The position numbers and the translations under genes were made by a program. Positions 20,573 to 29,750 of a stretch of DNA of 64,000 nt are shown here, piece by piece. Positions within the stretch are counted from its first letter, which is position 1. Each line of letters starts with the position of its first letter. The notes beneath the pieces are model-generated. The model was not told the origin of the DNA. It did not search any database and worked only from the letters and a program-made list of their open reading frames with translations. Origin of the DNA: a virus (Duplodnaviria; Heunggongvirae; Uroviricota; Caudoviricetes); the IMG/VR virus record IMGVR_UViG_3300028048_000105; one strand, written 5' to 3'.

Positions 20573-21295
20573 CTAATATTCCACGGTTCTTGTTTTGACA
20601 TTCTGGCTGACGGGGATTAAAATCTCACTCTTTACAGAAGTGGAATGGTATTTCTTATCGCCTGGAGCCTTGATGGCAAGATCATAAACAACTGATAAGC
20701 GTTCAGCATATGTCCCAACTTTAATAATATTGAGTTCTGTCAAACGTTTATAAGTACTGCTTACAGTTCCGAAATCTCCACATGCATACCCCCACAACTG
20801 GTAAAACTGGTCTGTGTATCCTTCTATTGCAAAAGTTCGGTAATAACTTGTTTTATTATCAATCACAAAACCGTCCTGGGTGTTTCCGTGGAAAGAATTA
20901 TCCATGGAATCCTGTGTAATACCGTTGATCTGCGGAGATGTACTTACAAGCGAGATGTCTGCATGCATATGCTCCACCATAACATCATACCCATCCGGTA
21001 AATTTTTGGTATGCACATTCATGTTAATCGACTTTGCATCCGTTACATGCCAGTTTTTCAAAGAATACTTTCCCGTATCATACTTACATATCAATGAGAA
21101 ATCTTCTCCATTTACAAGAAGATTCTGTGTTAAGTTTGGAATACTTACAGTGTCATTGCTGTTTTCGGTATTTTGTAAAACATCAGTCTGTGTATCTACT
21201 GGAACATATTCCTCCTCATAGGAACATCCTGTAAAAGCACCCGTCAAAAGTGCTGCAGAAAGTACCAATCCTATTAACTTTGTTCTTTTCTTCAT
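20573..21295 (-). CDS. lipoprotein (signal peptide + lipobox)
   Basis: MKKRTKLIGLVLSAALLTGAFTGCS; module A promoter at 21391-21420 upstream. Confidence 0.55.
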   Translation of the reverse strand: MKKRTKLIGLVLSAALLTGAFTGCSYEEEYVPVDTQTDVLQNTENSNDTVSIPNLTQNLLVNGEDFSLICKYDTGKYSLKNWHVTDAKSINMNVHTKNLPDGYDVMVEHMHADISLVSTSPQINGITQDSMDNSFHGNTQDGFVIDNKTSYYRTFAIEGYTDQFYQLWGYACGDFGTVSSTYKRLTELNIIKVGTYAERLSVVYDLAIKAPGDKKYHSTSVKSEILIPVSQNVKTRTVEY

Positions 21296-21506
21296 ATTTT
21301 TCCCTCCGTTACTGTTACTGTAATGTTTTTAAACATTGAGTTAACTAAATTAAGATTTAAAAGAACTCCATGTTTATCCATTACAATATACATATTGCGC
21401 CATCTTCCAAATCGTCAAAAGGCTTTGGAAACTTTTTTTATTTTTTTTCAAAAATTTTCCCACATACAAAAAAGCTGCCCCTGAAAGAGACAGCTTTTAC
21501 AGCGAG

Positions 21507-21692
21507 TTACTTTTGAATTTTTTGGATCAGCTCGTTAACATCCACAGTATACAGCTTCGGCTTTCCGTCCGGATCAAGTTCCTGGACCATGCTCTGCCCG
21601 ATACTGTCGGCATACACTCCGAAACAACTTTTGTACGACTGCATCCAGACCGTCTCATCCTCGCTAATAATCGGAAGATCATCCTTCAGCAA
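21507..21692 (-). CDS. truncated paralog of the C-terminal domain of lipoprotein 36119..36496
   Basis: shares ..VWMQSYKSC.G..A.SIGQSMVQELDPDGKPKLYT.D.NELI.K.QK with 36119..36496. Confidence 0.4.
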   Translation of the reverse strand: MLKDDLPIISEDETVWMQSYKSCFGVYADSIGQSMVQELDPDGKPKLYTVDVNELIQKIQK

Positions 21693-21721
21693 TTACTCAT
21701 TTTTTCTAATTTATTTTCCTT

Positions 21722-22148
21722 AATCCATATACCCCTCGCGGGGCGCGACTACCTTCCCCGAAGGTATGGATTTGTCACAATTTTTTCAACCCATGCACCC
21801 ATAAGGGATGCAACGTTTTACCATGGAGAAGATACAAAGGGCAGCAGTGATTTCAACCCATACATCCCATAAGGGATGTAACGAGTAACTCAAAAATGTT
21901 ATGATCATATTAAAAATATTTCAACCCATACATCCCATAAGGGATGTAACGAGGAGTACAAAAAACGCTCGATGCGGTATTCTCTATTTCAACCCATACA
22001 CCCCTTGTGGGGTGCAACTCGCGCTGTTTATGGATCTGCCACAGGAATTTCAACCCCTGTACCCCTCGTGGGGGTACAACGTGAAAAATATGGTGTTCCT
22101 CATTTTATATATTTGTTTCAACCCATGCGCCCCTCCACGGGGCGCCAC
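21722..22148 (-). CRISPR. CRISPR array, 7 repeats (one degenerate), type I-C-like repeat (minus strand GTTGCATCCCTTATGGGATGTATGGGTTGAAA)
   Basis: Repeats at 21722-21750 (degenerate), 21784-21814, 21851-21882, 21919-21950, 21987-22018, 22048-22080, 22116-22148; spacers 29-36 nt; repeat stems differ by compensatory changes. Confidence 0.8.
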
Positions 22149-22397
22149 TGTAAACGCGAACGGAAACCTGTTTTCCTGTCCGCCAAAATATTAAACAATT
22201 TTCCTAATTAACCCATCCACAACTGCCTCCCGTGGTTGGGATTCGCGCTCTCTTGTACATCTCGCCTTCTCTCCCCCGTGCGAACCTCCTCTGGAAACTA
22301 CGTACGTCTCCGGTTCGCACCTGGACCAGGCATCCCAATACAACCGGCAGGTGCAGCCCTCAAAAAACGGGCTGCTTTGTGGCTGCCGGAAGCACTT

Positions 22398-23309
22398 TTA
22401 AATCATGCGCGTCATCGTCACACCGCCCGGGATTGCATCCTCATGGATCTTTACGGTGTAATCAGAGTATTTGCGAGGAAACTCGACATCATCGTTCTTC
22501 TTGACATCAACTGCTTCAAATAGCTTGTAGGAAGGACAGTTGCCGAGTTCGCTGTCATGCCTGAATACAATCAGCTCACGTACCGCCATCTTCCCGCGTG
22601 CTGCGGAATGGTCATTTTCAAACATATTGATGATGGCTTTCCAGAGAAGATCCAGATCATCTTCGGAAAAACCGGTGGTCTTGCGGGCAAGGTTGGCAGA
22701 AACATATCCTTCCACGCGGTAGAGACCATAAGGGATAATGCTCTTTCTTCCCATCTCGGTGTTCTTCTTTTCCGCATCCTTTTCAGTTGTGATCGCAACT
22801 CTGGTTACGGTAATATCCTGGCTGAAAACAGGATCAATACTTTTTGCAAAGCCAATCTGTACCGGGCCGCGTACCTGTCCACAGTTTAATGCCGCCTTTG
22901 TAAAAGTGGTCATAACAGCACCGAATGTACGGATATCGTAGTAGTTGCTGCACATATAGTCACGGAGCTTAAGGTCTACGTTCTCATCGGTCTTTTTCAG
23001 TTTCTTGACATCCTCAAGTGCCTTCTTACTGTCATCAACATCAACACCAAGGTTTTCGATTGCCTTAAGATCGCTGCGGTTCAACGGAATACCCTCTTTG
23101 ATGTAGATCTTGAAACCGTCTGCATCCTCCTTTGCGGTTTCCACATAGTTGCGGATCTTTCGCTTTAAGCAGGCGTCTGTCACAAGACCGATGCCGGTCT
23201 CTGGATCAACCCTTGGCATGTTTGCGGCATCCGGATCGCCGTTTGGGTTTCCATTCTCTACGTCAAATAATACTACAAAATCATATCTGTTCTGAATCGG
23301 TTTGCTCAT
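22398..23309 (-). CDS. cas7: Cas7 (Csd2), type I-C
   Basis: MSKPIQNRYDFVVLFDVENGNPNGDPDA..VDPETGIGLVTDACLKRKIRNY is the Csd2 N-terminal signature; GGAGG RBS; ORF-track start 23468 is an upstream extension. Confidence 0.85.
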   Translation of the reverse strand: MSKPIQNRYDFVVLFDVENGNPNGDPDAANMPRVDPETGIGLVTDACLKRKIRNYVETAKEDADGFKIYIKEGIPLNRSDLKAIENLGVDVDDSKKALEDVKKLKKTDENVDLKLRDYMCSNYYDIRTFGAVMTTFTKAALNCGQVRGPVQIGFAKSIDPVFSQDITVTRVAITTEKDAEKKNTEMGRKSIIPYGLYRVEGYVSANLARKTTGFSEDDLDLLWKAIINMFENDHSAARGKMAVRELIVFRHDSELGNCPSYKLFEAVDVKKNDDVEFPRKYSDYTVKIHEDAIPGGVTMTRMI

Positions 23310-23310
23310 A

Positions 23311-25050
23311 TTAGTTTTCCTCCATCTTCTCTGCATTTGTCTGGTTGCTTTCAGGATCGCTGTCTTTTGACTTATTGCTTGTATATTCTGCCTGCATCTG
23401 GTGGTAATAACCAAGTGCGAATTTGCCCTGATCCTCATACGTGAAACGCTTCGGGAACCCCGGATCATCCGCTGTAACCGGAATCAGGCCCATCAAACTT
23501 TGGATCTTAGCCGCAAAATAATATCCTTTGCCCGGCTTTGTGCGTTTCAGCTTGCTTAAATGGCTGTTGGACAGTCTGATCAGCACCGGAAATACCGATC
23601 CTGGCGTTGTGCATGCGGAATTGTAAAACTTGTCACAGATCGTCTGGTTGATGTTATCAATTGCTTCCTTCTGTGTCCTTTCCATTACTGCAAACAGTCT
23701 GCCGAGGATATACGCACGGTCTCTGCAGTCTTCGTTTAATACTTCCATATTTTTTCCTTCCTCCCATTTATAGTTCTTTATTAAAAAAGCCTTGATGACC
23801 GCTGCTTTTCTGTAAGTAACGCCTTTGTGCTCGGCACGGATGCGGGACAGCACTCCTGCATACAGGCTCTGCGGATACTTGGTATCCGAAATGACCGACT
23901 GTAACGTCATCGCAGCCATATGCGGAACCGGGGTCCTGTCTGTAAGGTTCTGGTTTACCGTCTCCATAAGCATCTGCCAGATATTGATGAATTCCTGATC
24001 CTCAAACACCGGCTTTATGATCATCATCCGGCTGGCATGTTCCAACAGGTTCTTCCAGATCACTCCGATGGCATCTTCATAGAAGAACCGGACTGCAATT
24101 CTGCCGGCATTCGGTGCAAGACAGAGCACGTACAGTTTTTCATCCGGATCTGCAAGGACATGATCTTTTTCATTGGCGCTCCCCATCATCTTCCGCAGTC
24201 TGCTTACATCATCCACATCCCCGGAATCCGTCCAGAAGACCACCATGGAATCTCCTACCTTGCTGTGGTACCCGTCCGTGGAAAGCAGGTAATTTAATGC
24301 TGTCACATATGCATACGCCACATAGGTGCTGATCGGCGCGTTATAACTTTGTGTTTTCTCATAAGACTCAAGGGACGCGCCGTTAAAGGATACAAGCGCC
24401 GCACCGGATGACTGTGTTCCCGGCACTCCTTTGACCTTCCCATGTGTGCGGGCAATCTCTGCTTCCTTCCCGGTAACCAGGCATCTTCCTGTTACCATTT
24501 CATATGGTACGCTGCTGTAATCCAGCCATGCTCTGCGCACGGTCTCATTGTCATGCACATATTTGCCGTCTACCTCAAATACGAGGTTCCCGCCTTTATA
24601 AAACTTTTCCGCAAGCTTCGCAACTGCCGGGTGATCCAGTGCCTGTTCCGGATCCCATGAACGGAAAAAGCGGCACACTGCCTGTGCTGCCGACTCATCC
24701 ACGACATCAAGGATATCAAGATGTTTCTTCCTTGCTGCTTTAAAACAGTCCAGCGTACGCGGGCTCATCTTCTCATCAATTCCAAAGAGATACTTTGCAT
24801 TTTCGCAGAGAAAGCCGGAAGCAATGTTGTTACCCCGGGTGACCATCTCTGGAACCTGCATAACTGTCGGGATTTCAACAGTCTTTTTCCCTCTCTGTAT
24901 CTCCCGCTTTACGGAAACAATATCCTGGATTATCCCATCGTGGTTTAACACCACCGCATAGGATACCTTTGCATTGCACCAGCCGGGACGGGATACTTTC
25001 CCCTGGTCTGCAAGCGTTTCATATAATTTTACAAGTGACTGCAGGATCAT
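23311..25050 (-). CDS. cas8c: Cas8c (Csd1), type I-C large subunit
   Basis: MILQSLVKLYETLA N-terminus and 579 aa size match Csd1. Confidence 0.85.
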   Translation of the reverse strand: MILQSLVKLYETLADQGKVSRPGWCNAKVSYAVVLNHDGIIQDIVSVKREIQRGKKTVEIPTVMQVPEMVTRGNNIASGFLCENAKYLFGIDEKMSPRTLDCFKAARKKHLDILDVVDESAAQAVCRFFRSWDPEQALDHPAVAKLAEKFYKGGNLVFEVDGKYVHDNETVRRAWLDYSSVPYEMVTGRCLVTGKEAEIARTHGKVKGVPGTQSSGAALVSFNGASLESYEKTQSYNAPISTYVAYAYVTALNYLLSTDGYHSKVGDSMVVFWTDSGDVDDVSRLRKMMGSANEKDHVLADPDEKLYVLCLAPNAGRIAVRFFYEDAIGVIWKNLLEHASRMMIIKPVFEDQEFINIWQMLMETVNQNLTDRTPVPHMAAMTLQSVISDTKYPQSLYAGVLSRIRAEHKGVTYRKAAVIKAFLIKNYKWEEGKNMEVLNEDCRDRAYILGRLFAVMERTQKEAIDNINQTICDKFYNSACTTPGSVFPVLIRLSNSHLSKLKRTKPGKGYYFAAKIQSLMGLIPVTADDPGFPKRFTYEDQGKFALGYYHQMQAEYTSNKSKDSDPESNQTNAEKMEEN

Positions 25051-25706
25051 CGAAACACCTCACTGTTCCCGACATCAATGATGCCATTTTTCATAACTGC
25101 ATGGTAATACATTGGCTGGATATCTCTTCCGCAGGAATAATCCAGGTCATAAAGCATCAGCCCGAAATCCCTGTCCGGAAGTCCTTCATGGCAGGATGCG
25201 ATCTTTTCATCCCCCTCGCAGAGTTTAAAGTGCGCGGGGAATTCCCTTACCCCGAAATACGGCATCGAATAGCACGCCCCTTTTCTTGCCCTGTTATTAA
25301 AGATGCTGATAAATTTCGCCGGGCTGTCCGTCGGGCTCGCCTTGTCCGTCATTTCAAAATGTGCTTCAATCACGTAGCTGACATCACGGAGGATCACGGA
25401 TGCCCTCTGGATAATATCGTCTCTTGACGAATTATACAGCTTGACATCGCCGCCGTTATATGCCTGTAACATATTTGATTTCGGTATCTTGCTGAGAAGT
25501 TCATTCCTTCTTACGCTTGTAGTGGCAATCGGATTTAATACGTGGATTTTATCTACGTACCACCGTAATCCCGGATGCCAGTAGATGGATTCCAGAATCC
25601 CCCTAGCTGCCGACGGAGTCATCACATCATAGGTATACCGTTCTGTTTTCAGTTCCGGTCTAGTGAACAATGCATAATCTCCCCAGACTTTCAGTTTCAC
25701 TCCCAT
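25047..25706 (-). CDS. cas5: Cas5d (Cas5c) endoribonuclease, type I-C
   Basis: MGVKLKVWGDYALFTRPELKTERYTYDVMTPSAARGILESIYWHP; module A promoter at 25806-25838. Confidence 0.8.
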   Translation of the reverse strand: MGVKLKVWGDYALFTRPELKTERYTYDVMTPSAARGILESIYWHPGLRWYVDKIHVLNPIATTSVRRNELLSKIPKSNMLQAYNGGDVKLYNSSRDDIIQRASVILRDVSYVIEAHFEMTDKASPTDSPAKFISIFNNRARKGACYSMPYFGVREFPAHFKLCEGDEKIASCHEGLPDRDFGLMLYDLDYSCGRDIQPMYYHAVMKNGIIDVGNSEVFR

Positions 25707-25926
25707 TCTTCTTTTTCCATTCCTTTTCATCATCATCCATACATCCGAAGATGCAACTTCTGTAATTTCTGTTATCCGGCAAGACATACATCCTGCCCTT
25801 TCAATACACATATTGCGCCATTTAAAAAATCGTCAAAAGATTTTGAAAACTTTTTCAAAAAAAATTGCAAAAAACTGCAGCCAGTTAAACTGACTGCAGT
25901 TTTTTGCGATCTTAAAAATCAATATG

Positions 25927-25958
25927 TTTTACCCATGCACCCCATGTGGGGGCGCAAC
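25927..25958 (-). CRISPR. Solo CRISPR repeat (TTTTACCCATGCACCCCATGTGGGGGCGCAAC)
   Basis: Same family and orientation as main array; lies between 25966..26838 and the cas5 promoter, next to bidirectional terminator hairpin 25875-25906. Confidence 0.5.
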
Positions 25959-25965
25959 AATAGTC

Positions 25966-26838
25966 CTACCACTGGCACTTAATGGTGCTGGCATCCGCAA
26001 GTTCATCGGATGAAAACAGAAGGTAAATGTTGGACAGAATATCCGCATATTTTTTCTTATCAAAATCGGAGTTGACCTGGCGGTCCACCAGATTTCTCAG
26101 TTTATCCGAAAACTCTTCTGACAACTGGACATTTCTGACTGTTTTCACTTCACCAACAGAAGAGTCGATCAGAAGAAGATATAACGGGACTTCGTCTTTT
26201 GCCGTAAAGTCGAAATCCGACAAATCTTTTGCAAGTTTTGCATGGTACGGCGCATCCATCCATGACAGGTCACCGGCTTTTACAGTAAACAGACCGGTTC
26301 CGTTCATCTCCGTAAAACGGATTTCCAGTCTGGAATCCGGGGAAAACTGTGCAATCTCATTTTCTGTGGGATTCCTGAAAAATACACGGATCTGCACGTA
26401 ATCCTTAACGATATCAACAACTACTGCTTCTGCATGGTTTGCAAATTCCGGATAGCATTTCCCTTGCTTGTAAGGAAACTCTCCGGATACTGCTTTCTCT
26501 GTCTCACTGGCATCTGCAGAAATTATTGATGTCTCATAATATTCTTCCGGAATACGCACTCCCAGCTTCTCACTGTATGGAACCTGGCATATTACATGGT
26601 CTTTGTACAGCCGGTATCCATTCTTAAGAACATATGCCACCGGAACCGGGCACTCGTAGTCATCCAGTTTGTCCCCTTCTCCTTCTGCTTTCTCCAACGT
26701 ATGTTCCGGTACAGCCATGATGACATGACCGGTTTCTCCATCACTCACAAAATAGTTAAATTCTCTCAGTTCTTCCGGAAGCCCCGGATAATTATCTCTT
26801 TTTGCAAAATTTCCATAATCCCTTACGCTATCTCTCAT
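25966..26838 (-). CDS. hypothetical protein
   Basis: 290 aa ORF. Confidence 0.5.
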   Translation of the reverse strand: MRDSVRDYGNFAKRDNYPGLPEELREFNYFVSDGETGHVIMAVPEHTLEKAEGEGDKLDDYECPVPVAYVLKNGYRLYKDHVICQVPYSEKLGVRIPEEYYETSIISADASETEKAVSGEFPYKQGKCYPEFANHAEAVVVDIVKDYVQIRVFFRNPTENEIAQFSPDSRLEIRFTEMNGTGLFTVKAGDLSWMDAPYHAKLAKDLSDFDFTAKDEVPLYLLLIDSSVGEVKTVRNVQLSEEFSDKLRNLVDRQVNSDFDKKKYADILSNIYLLFSSDELADASTIKCQW

Positions 26839-27161
26839 TCTCTTGCCTTCTCCTTGAATATATCTTTTATACTTTTAGTATACCACAGGTTCGGCTACGT
26901 GTACACCTCCGCGTTTCAACTCTTACACCCTACAGGTCTCAACTCTTAATCCATGTATCCAACAGCGGCAAGCACTTCGCGATACGGTGTTTCCATGGTT
27001 TTTGTGCTGCCCCACTGCGAAAGCCTGCCGTTCAAACCTGTATTGTACGGTCTTACTGCCTCGCCTCGTACCCGCAGATCATATTGGTTCCCCGCAGAAA
27101 TGCAAGCCCCTCATGGCAGGCAAGTAGATCGTGCTGGTAGTCCTCATCCTTAACCCGGTAC

Positions 27162-27698
27162 TCATCGAACAATTCCTTGTATTTTTTCCACCCCAGAGGC
27201 CATTTCTGTATTCCGGGCATCATGGCAGACGTTCTTCCTAACGAGGACAATATGAGAAATATGCTCCTCATCCGCTCTCAAAACGGCATCTGAAGCGGCA
27301 ACGTCATAGTTTAAGTTGAAGGTGCAGAAAGCGTTCTTCCCCTTAAACTTATCCAGCTCAAAGGTCGCAATATTTGCTCTGACGAAGCCTCCGTTCACGG
27401 CCAGCCAGTCGATCTTGTGCATCCGTATATGTTCTGCAACATACACTACTTCTTTTTCCATTACTTTCCATCCTATGCTTAAAAAAAAGAACATCCGGGG
27501 AACGATCCCGGAATAGCCTGTGGCTATGCACCTGCTGTCCCACAGCCTCTCCATACAATGTACGCGATGCATGGAAAAGGCATGATAAATATGAAAGGAG
27601 TATTCCTGTGCGCCGATAGTTCCCACGCCAACGCACGCTGCTGTTAATCTGGCGGTTATCGTTATTTTTGGTTCAGCGGGAAATCCCACAGGCCGCAT
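27162..27698 (-). CDS. hypothetical protein (true start probably internal, about 27467)
   Basis: ORF follows module A + tRNA-like leader. Confidence 0.35.
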   Translation of the reverse strand: MRPVGFPAEPKITITARLTAACVGVGTIGAQEYSFHIYHAFSMHRVHCMERLWDSRCIATGYSGIVPRMFFFLSIGWKVMEKEVVYVAEHIRMHKIDWLAVNGGFVRANIATFELDKFKGKNAFCTFNLNYDVAASDAVLRADEEHISHIVLVRKNVCHDARNTEMASGVEKIQGIVR

Positions 27699-27735
27699 CC
27701 GGCTGAATTTGAGAAGACCGTATGAGGCAGTTGAA

Positions 27736-27882
27736 AGGGATATCCGGGAGTCGGACCCGGAAACAGCTTACGCTGCGTCCTCACTATCCCTTTTCCGGGT
27801 ATTGCCCGGAAGCGTAAACAAATATCGAAAGGATTTCTGCCAGCCGGTAACCCTGGCAGCTCGGTTTATGGCCTTTATATGA
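27736..27882 (-). ncRNA. tRNA-like structured leader element, copy 1
   Basis: minus strand: hairpins CTGCCAGCCGGTAACCCTGGCAG, CTTCCGGG-CAAU-ACCCGGAA, CAGC-GUAA-GCUG, T-arm mimic CCGGGUCCGACUCCCGG + acceptor-like GGGAUAG/AUAUCCC. Confidence 0.45.
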
Positions 27883-27883
27883 T

Positions 27884-27915
27884 ACATATTGCGCCATATG
27901 GGGATTCGTCAAGGG
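27884..27915 (-). promoter_or_regulatory. Module A promoter copy
   Basis: ATATTGCGCCAT..ATTCGTCAAG. Confidence 0.45.
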
Positions 27916-27966
27916 AATTTTGAAAGTTTTTGAAAAAATTTTGTTTCATGTTAAATGTGACTTTAG

Positions 27967-27996
27967 TTTCAACCCATGCACCGCATAGGGTACAAC
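27967..27996 (-). CRISPR. Solo CRISPR repeat (TTTCAACCCATGCACCGCATAGGGTACAAC), degenerate stem
   Basis: Immediately 3' of stop codon of 27996..28358 gene; preceded on plus strand by a module B variant TTTCATGTTAAATGTGAC. Confidence 0.45.
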
Positions 27997-28358
27997 TATT
28001 TTCTCTCAACTACATTGAACTTCTTTGTTTTCTCAAATCGCGGCATTTCATTCTCATGGTAATCCGCGGATACATTACAGAGCATATCCCGAAGATTAAT
28101 CCAGTTAATCTTAATCACAGTCATCTCGACCGCTTTTGAACCATCGGAAACCAGTATTTTCTCTCCAAATTTGATTACCGGCGTTTCCACATCTGCATCC
28201 ATACGGAAAGTTAACTCTGTCCGGACCATTTTCCCTCTTGGTTCTTCCTCGTAATGCAGGCAGTTCCTTACGTTCTCAAAACAGCGACCTCCCTGCGAAA
28301 AGTGTTTTTTGCAGGTCAAACATTCCATTTCGTGTTTCCTCCTTCTTTCATAACACAT
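27996..28358 (-). CDS. hypothetical protein
   Basis: 120 aa; module A variant promoter at 28355-28386. Confidence 0.5.
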   Translation of the reverse strand: MCYERRRKHEMECLTCKKHFSQGGRCFENVRNCLHYEEEPRGKMVRTELTFRMDADVETPVIKFGEKILVSDGSKAVEMTVIKINWINLRDMLCNVSADYHENEMPRFEKTKKFNVVERK

Positions 28359-28465
28359 ATTGAGCCTTTTACGACTTCGTCAAAAAGTTTCCGGAAACCT
28401 TTTAAATATTTTTGTCATTTCATATTAAGAATGTAAACAAAACCATTCACGAAGGGAGAAAAATC

Positions 28466-29086
28466 ATGAAAATACAAAGAAATTTCAAATGCAAGGAATG
28501 TGGCATCTTTACAGCAGCTTACGACACCAGGGACAAAAGACTTCTTAGAATATTCCCATGCAAATGCGGGAAAGTTGAGATCAGCGCAAGAGGTATGAAC
28601 TCTTTTGCTATTTTCAAAGGAGACGATTTCGTTGAAAAGCTTCCGATCGAAGAAATCAAGCCAACCGTGGAATACTATCCGGAAGATTACCTTACGATTC
28701 CAGAGGAAATTTATGACCTGATGGAAAAAGCGGAAGGACTTGGGAACAAAATCAACGATACCAATAAACCTGGCGAATATTATAGCGATATTTCCGAGGA
28801 AGATGCTACATTTGAATTGTCTGGATTGTCGGATAACGGCGAAAGTTTAAAAATCTCCGCTAAAGGGAAATTCTTCGATGCATACAGTTGGCATTCAAAA
28901 AATCCCGAGGAAGTCATCAACCGCTTTAAAGAATCTTTGGAACGGTTCATCATTCTTGAAGAAAAAGTGCTGGCAGATGAGATCAATCTGGACAATGTCC
29001 GCAGCATCTGGGACAACGAAGAGTTTGAGTGGTCCAGTGGAAACAGAACACCACTCGATCTATATGACTACGAATTAACATGTTAA
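28466..29086 (+). CDS. hypothetical protein with N-terminal zinc ribbon
   Basis: CKECG..CKCG; module B upstream (TTTCATATTAAGAATGTAAAC..GAAGGGAGAAAAATC ATG). Confidence 0.55.
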   Translation: MKIQRNFKCKECGIFTAAYDTRDKRLLRIFPCKCGKVEISARGMNSFAIFKGDDFVEKLPIEEIKPTVEYYPEDYLTIPEEIYDLMEKAEGLGNKINDTNKPGEYYSDISEEDATFELSGLSDNGESLKISAKGKFFDAYSWHSKNPEEVINRFKESLERFIILEEKVLADEINLDNVRSIWDNEEFEWSSGNRTPLDLYDYELTC

Positions 29087-29140
29087 TTTTTAAATATCCG
29101 TCTATTTTGACGGATATTTTTATTTTTCAAATTTCCTGTT

Positions 29141-29175
29141 GACACTTCACAATCCATATGGTATTATATGTGCAT
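29141..29175 (+). promoter_or_regulatory. sigma70-type promoter TTGACA-N17-TATTAT
   Basis: Consensus -35/-10 with 17-nt spacer. Confidence 0.5.
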
Positions 29176-29182
29176 GAGATAA

Positions 29183-29265
29183 AAGAAGTGCCTGTCTTTT
29201 AACTCAGAGCTTTTCGAATGCGTAGCTTTGAGTTAAGCGACGGGCTTTTTTTATTTATCCGGCAT
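29183..29265 (+). ncRNA. candidate small RNA ending in intrinsic terminator
   Basis: Long hairpin TTAACTCAGAGC..GCTTTGAGTTAA nested in GCCTGTC/GACGGGC followed by TTTTTTT. Confidence 0.3.
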
Positions 29266-29677
29266 AATTGATTAAAATGAAAGGAAAAGAAAACCATGTT
29301 AAAGATAATGAGTTGTAAAAATTTTAATAATGATTATAGAACATATGGCGATTTCAGCAATATGTTTACTTTCTCATGCTCAAAATCAGGAAAAACATGG
29401 GGACAGAACGATTACTATACACCTTCCCGCAGTCGATTTCGATTTTAAACCAGGCACTTAAAACCGAAATATTGCAAAGCGCAGATGGCCGCGGAGAGAA
29501 GAAATTTCTTGATGCGGCTTTTTTATTGTTGAAAAAGTCATGGACAGGTAGCTGAGATGGATTAGCGAGGGACTGAAAATCCTTACAGGGTGGATCATTA
29601 CCACTCCTGTCCACTCCGCAGCGATGCGGTAAAAAACTGAATGGATAAGAGAAAACAGGCACTTCTTTTATCCGTAT

Positions 29678-29749
29678 GCATGTGAAGTGTTGTTGGCGGC
29701 ACACCTGCCTTCCAAGCAGGACGGGCGGGTTCGAGACCCGTCACATGCT
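29678..29749 (+). tRNA. tRNA-Gly (anticodon TCC)
   Basis: Manual fold: acceptor GCATGTG/CACATGC, anticodon loop CTTCCAA, T-arm GCGGG-TTCGAGA-CCCGT. Confidence 0.65.
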
Positions 29750-29750
29750 C

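Noticed and set aside
22232-22523. 90-95 aa plus-strand ORFs between cas7 and the array
   Set aside because: They lie in the presumed CRISPR leader (22149-22397), have no RBS and are antisense to cas7.
23311-25811. ORF-track N-terminal extensions of cas7 (to 23468), cas5 (to 25811) and both iscB genes (to 34919 / 43117)
   Set aside because: Extensions lack RBS, run through upstream genes or ωRNA regions and disagree with the conserved N-termini of these families. Internal Met starts with GGAGG-type RBS chosen instead.
26880-26950. Short direct repeats GTTTCAACTCTTACA / GTCTCAACTCTTAAT resembling the start of the CRISPR repeat
   Set aside because: They lack the palindromic core and CAAC end and occur only once as a pair. 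Probably coincidental similarity in a terminator-rich gap.
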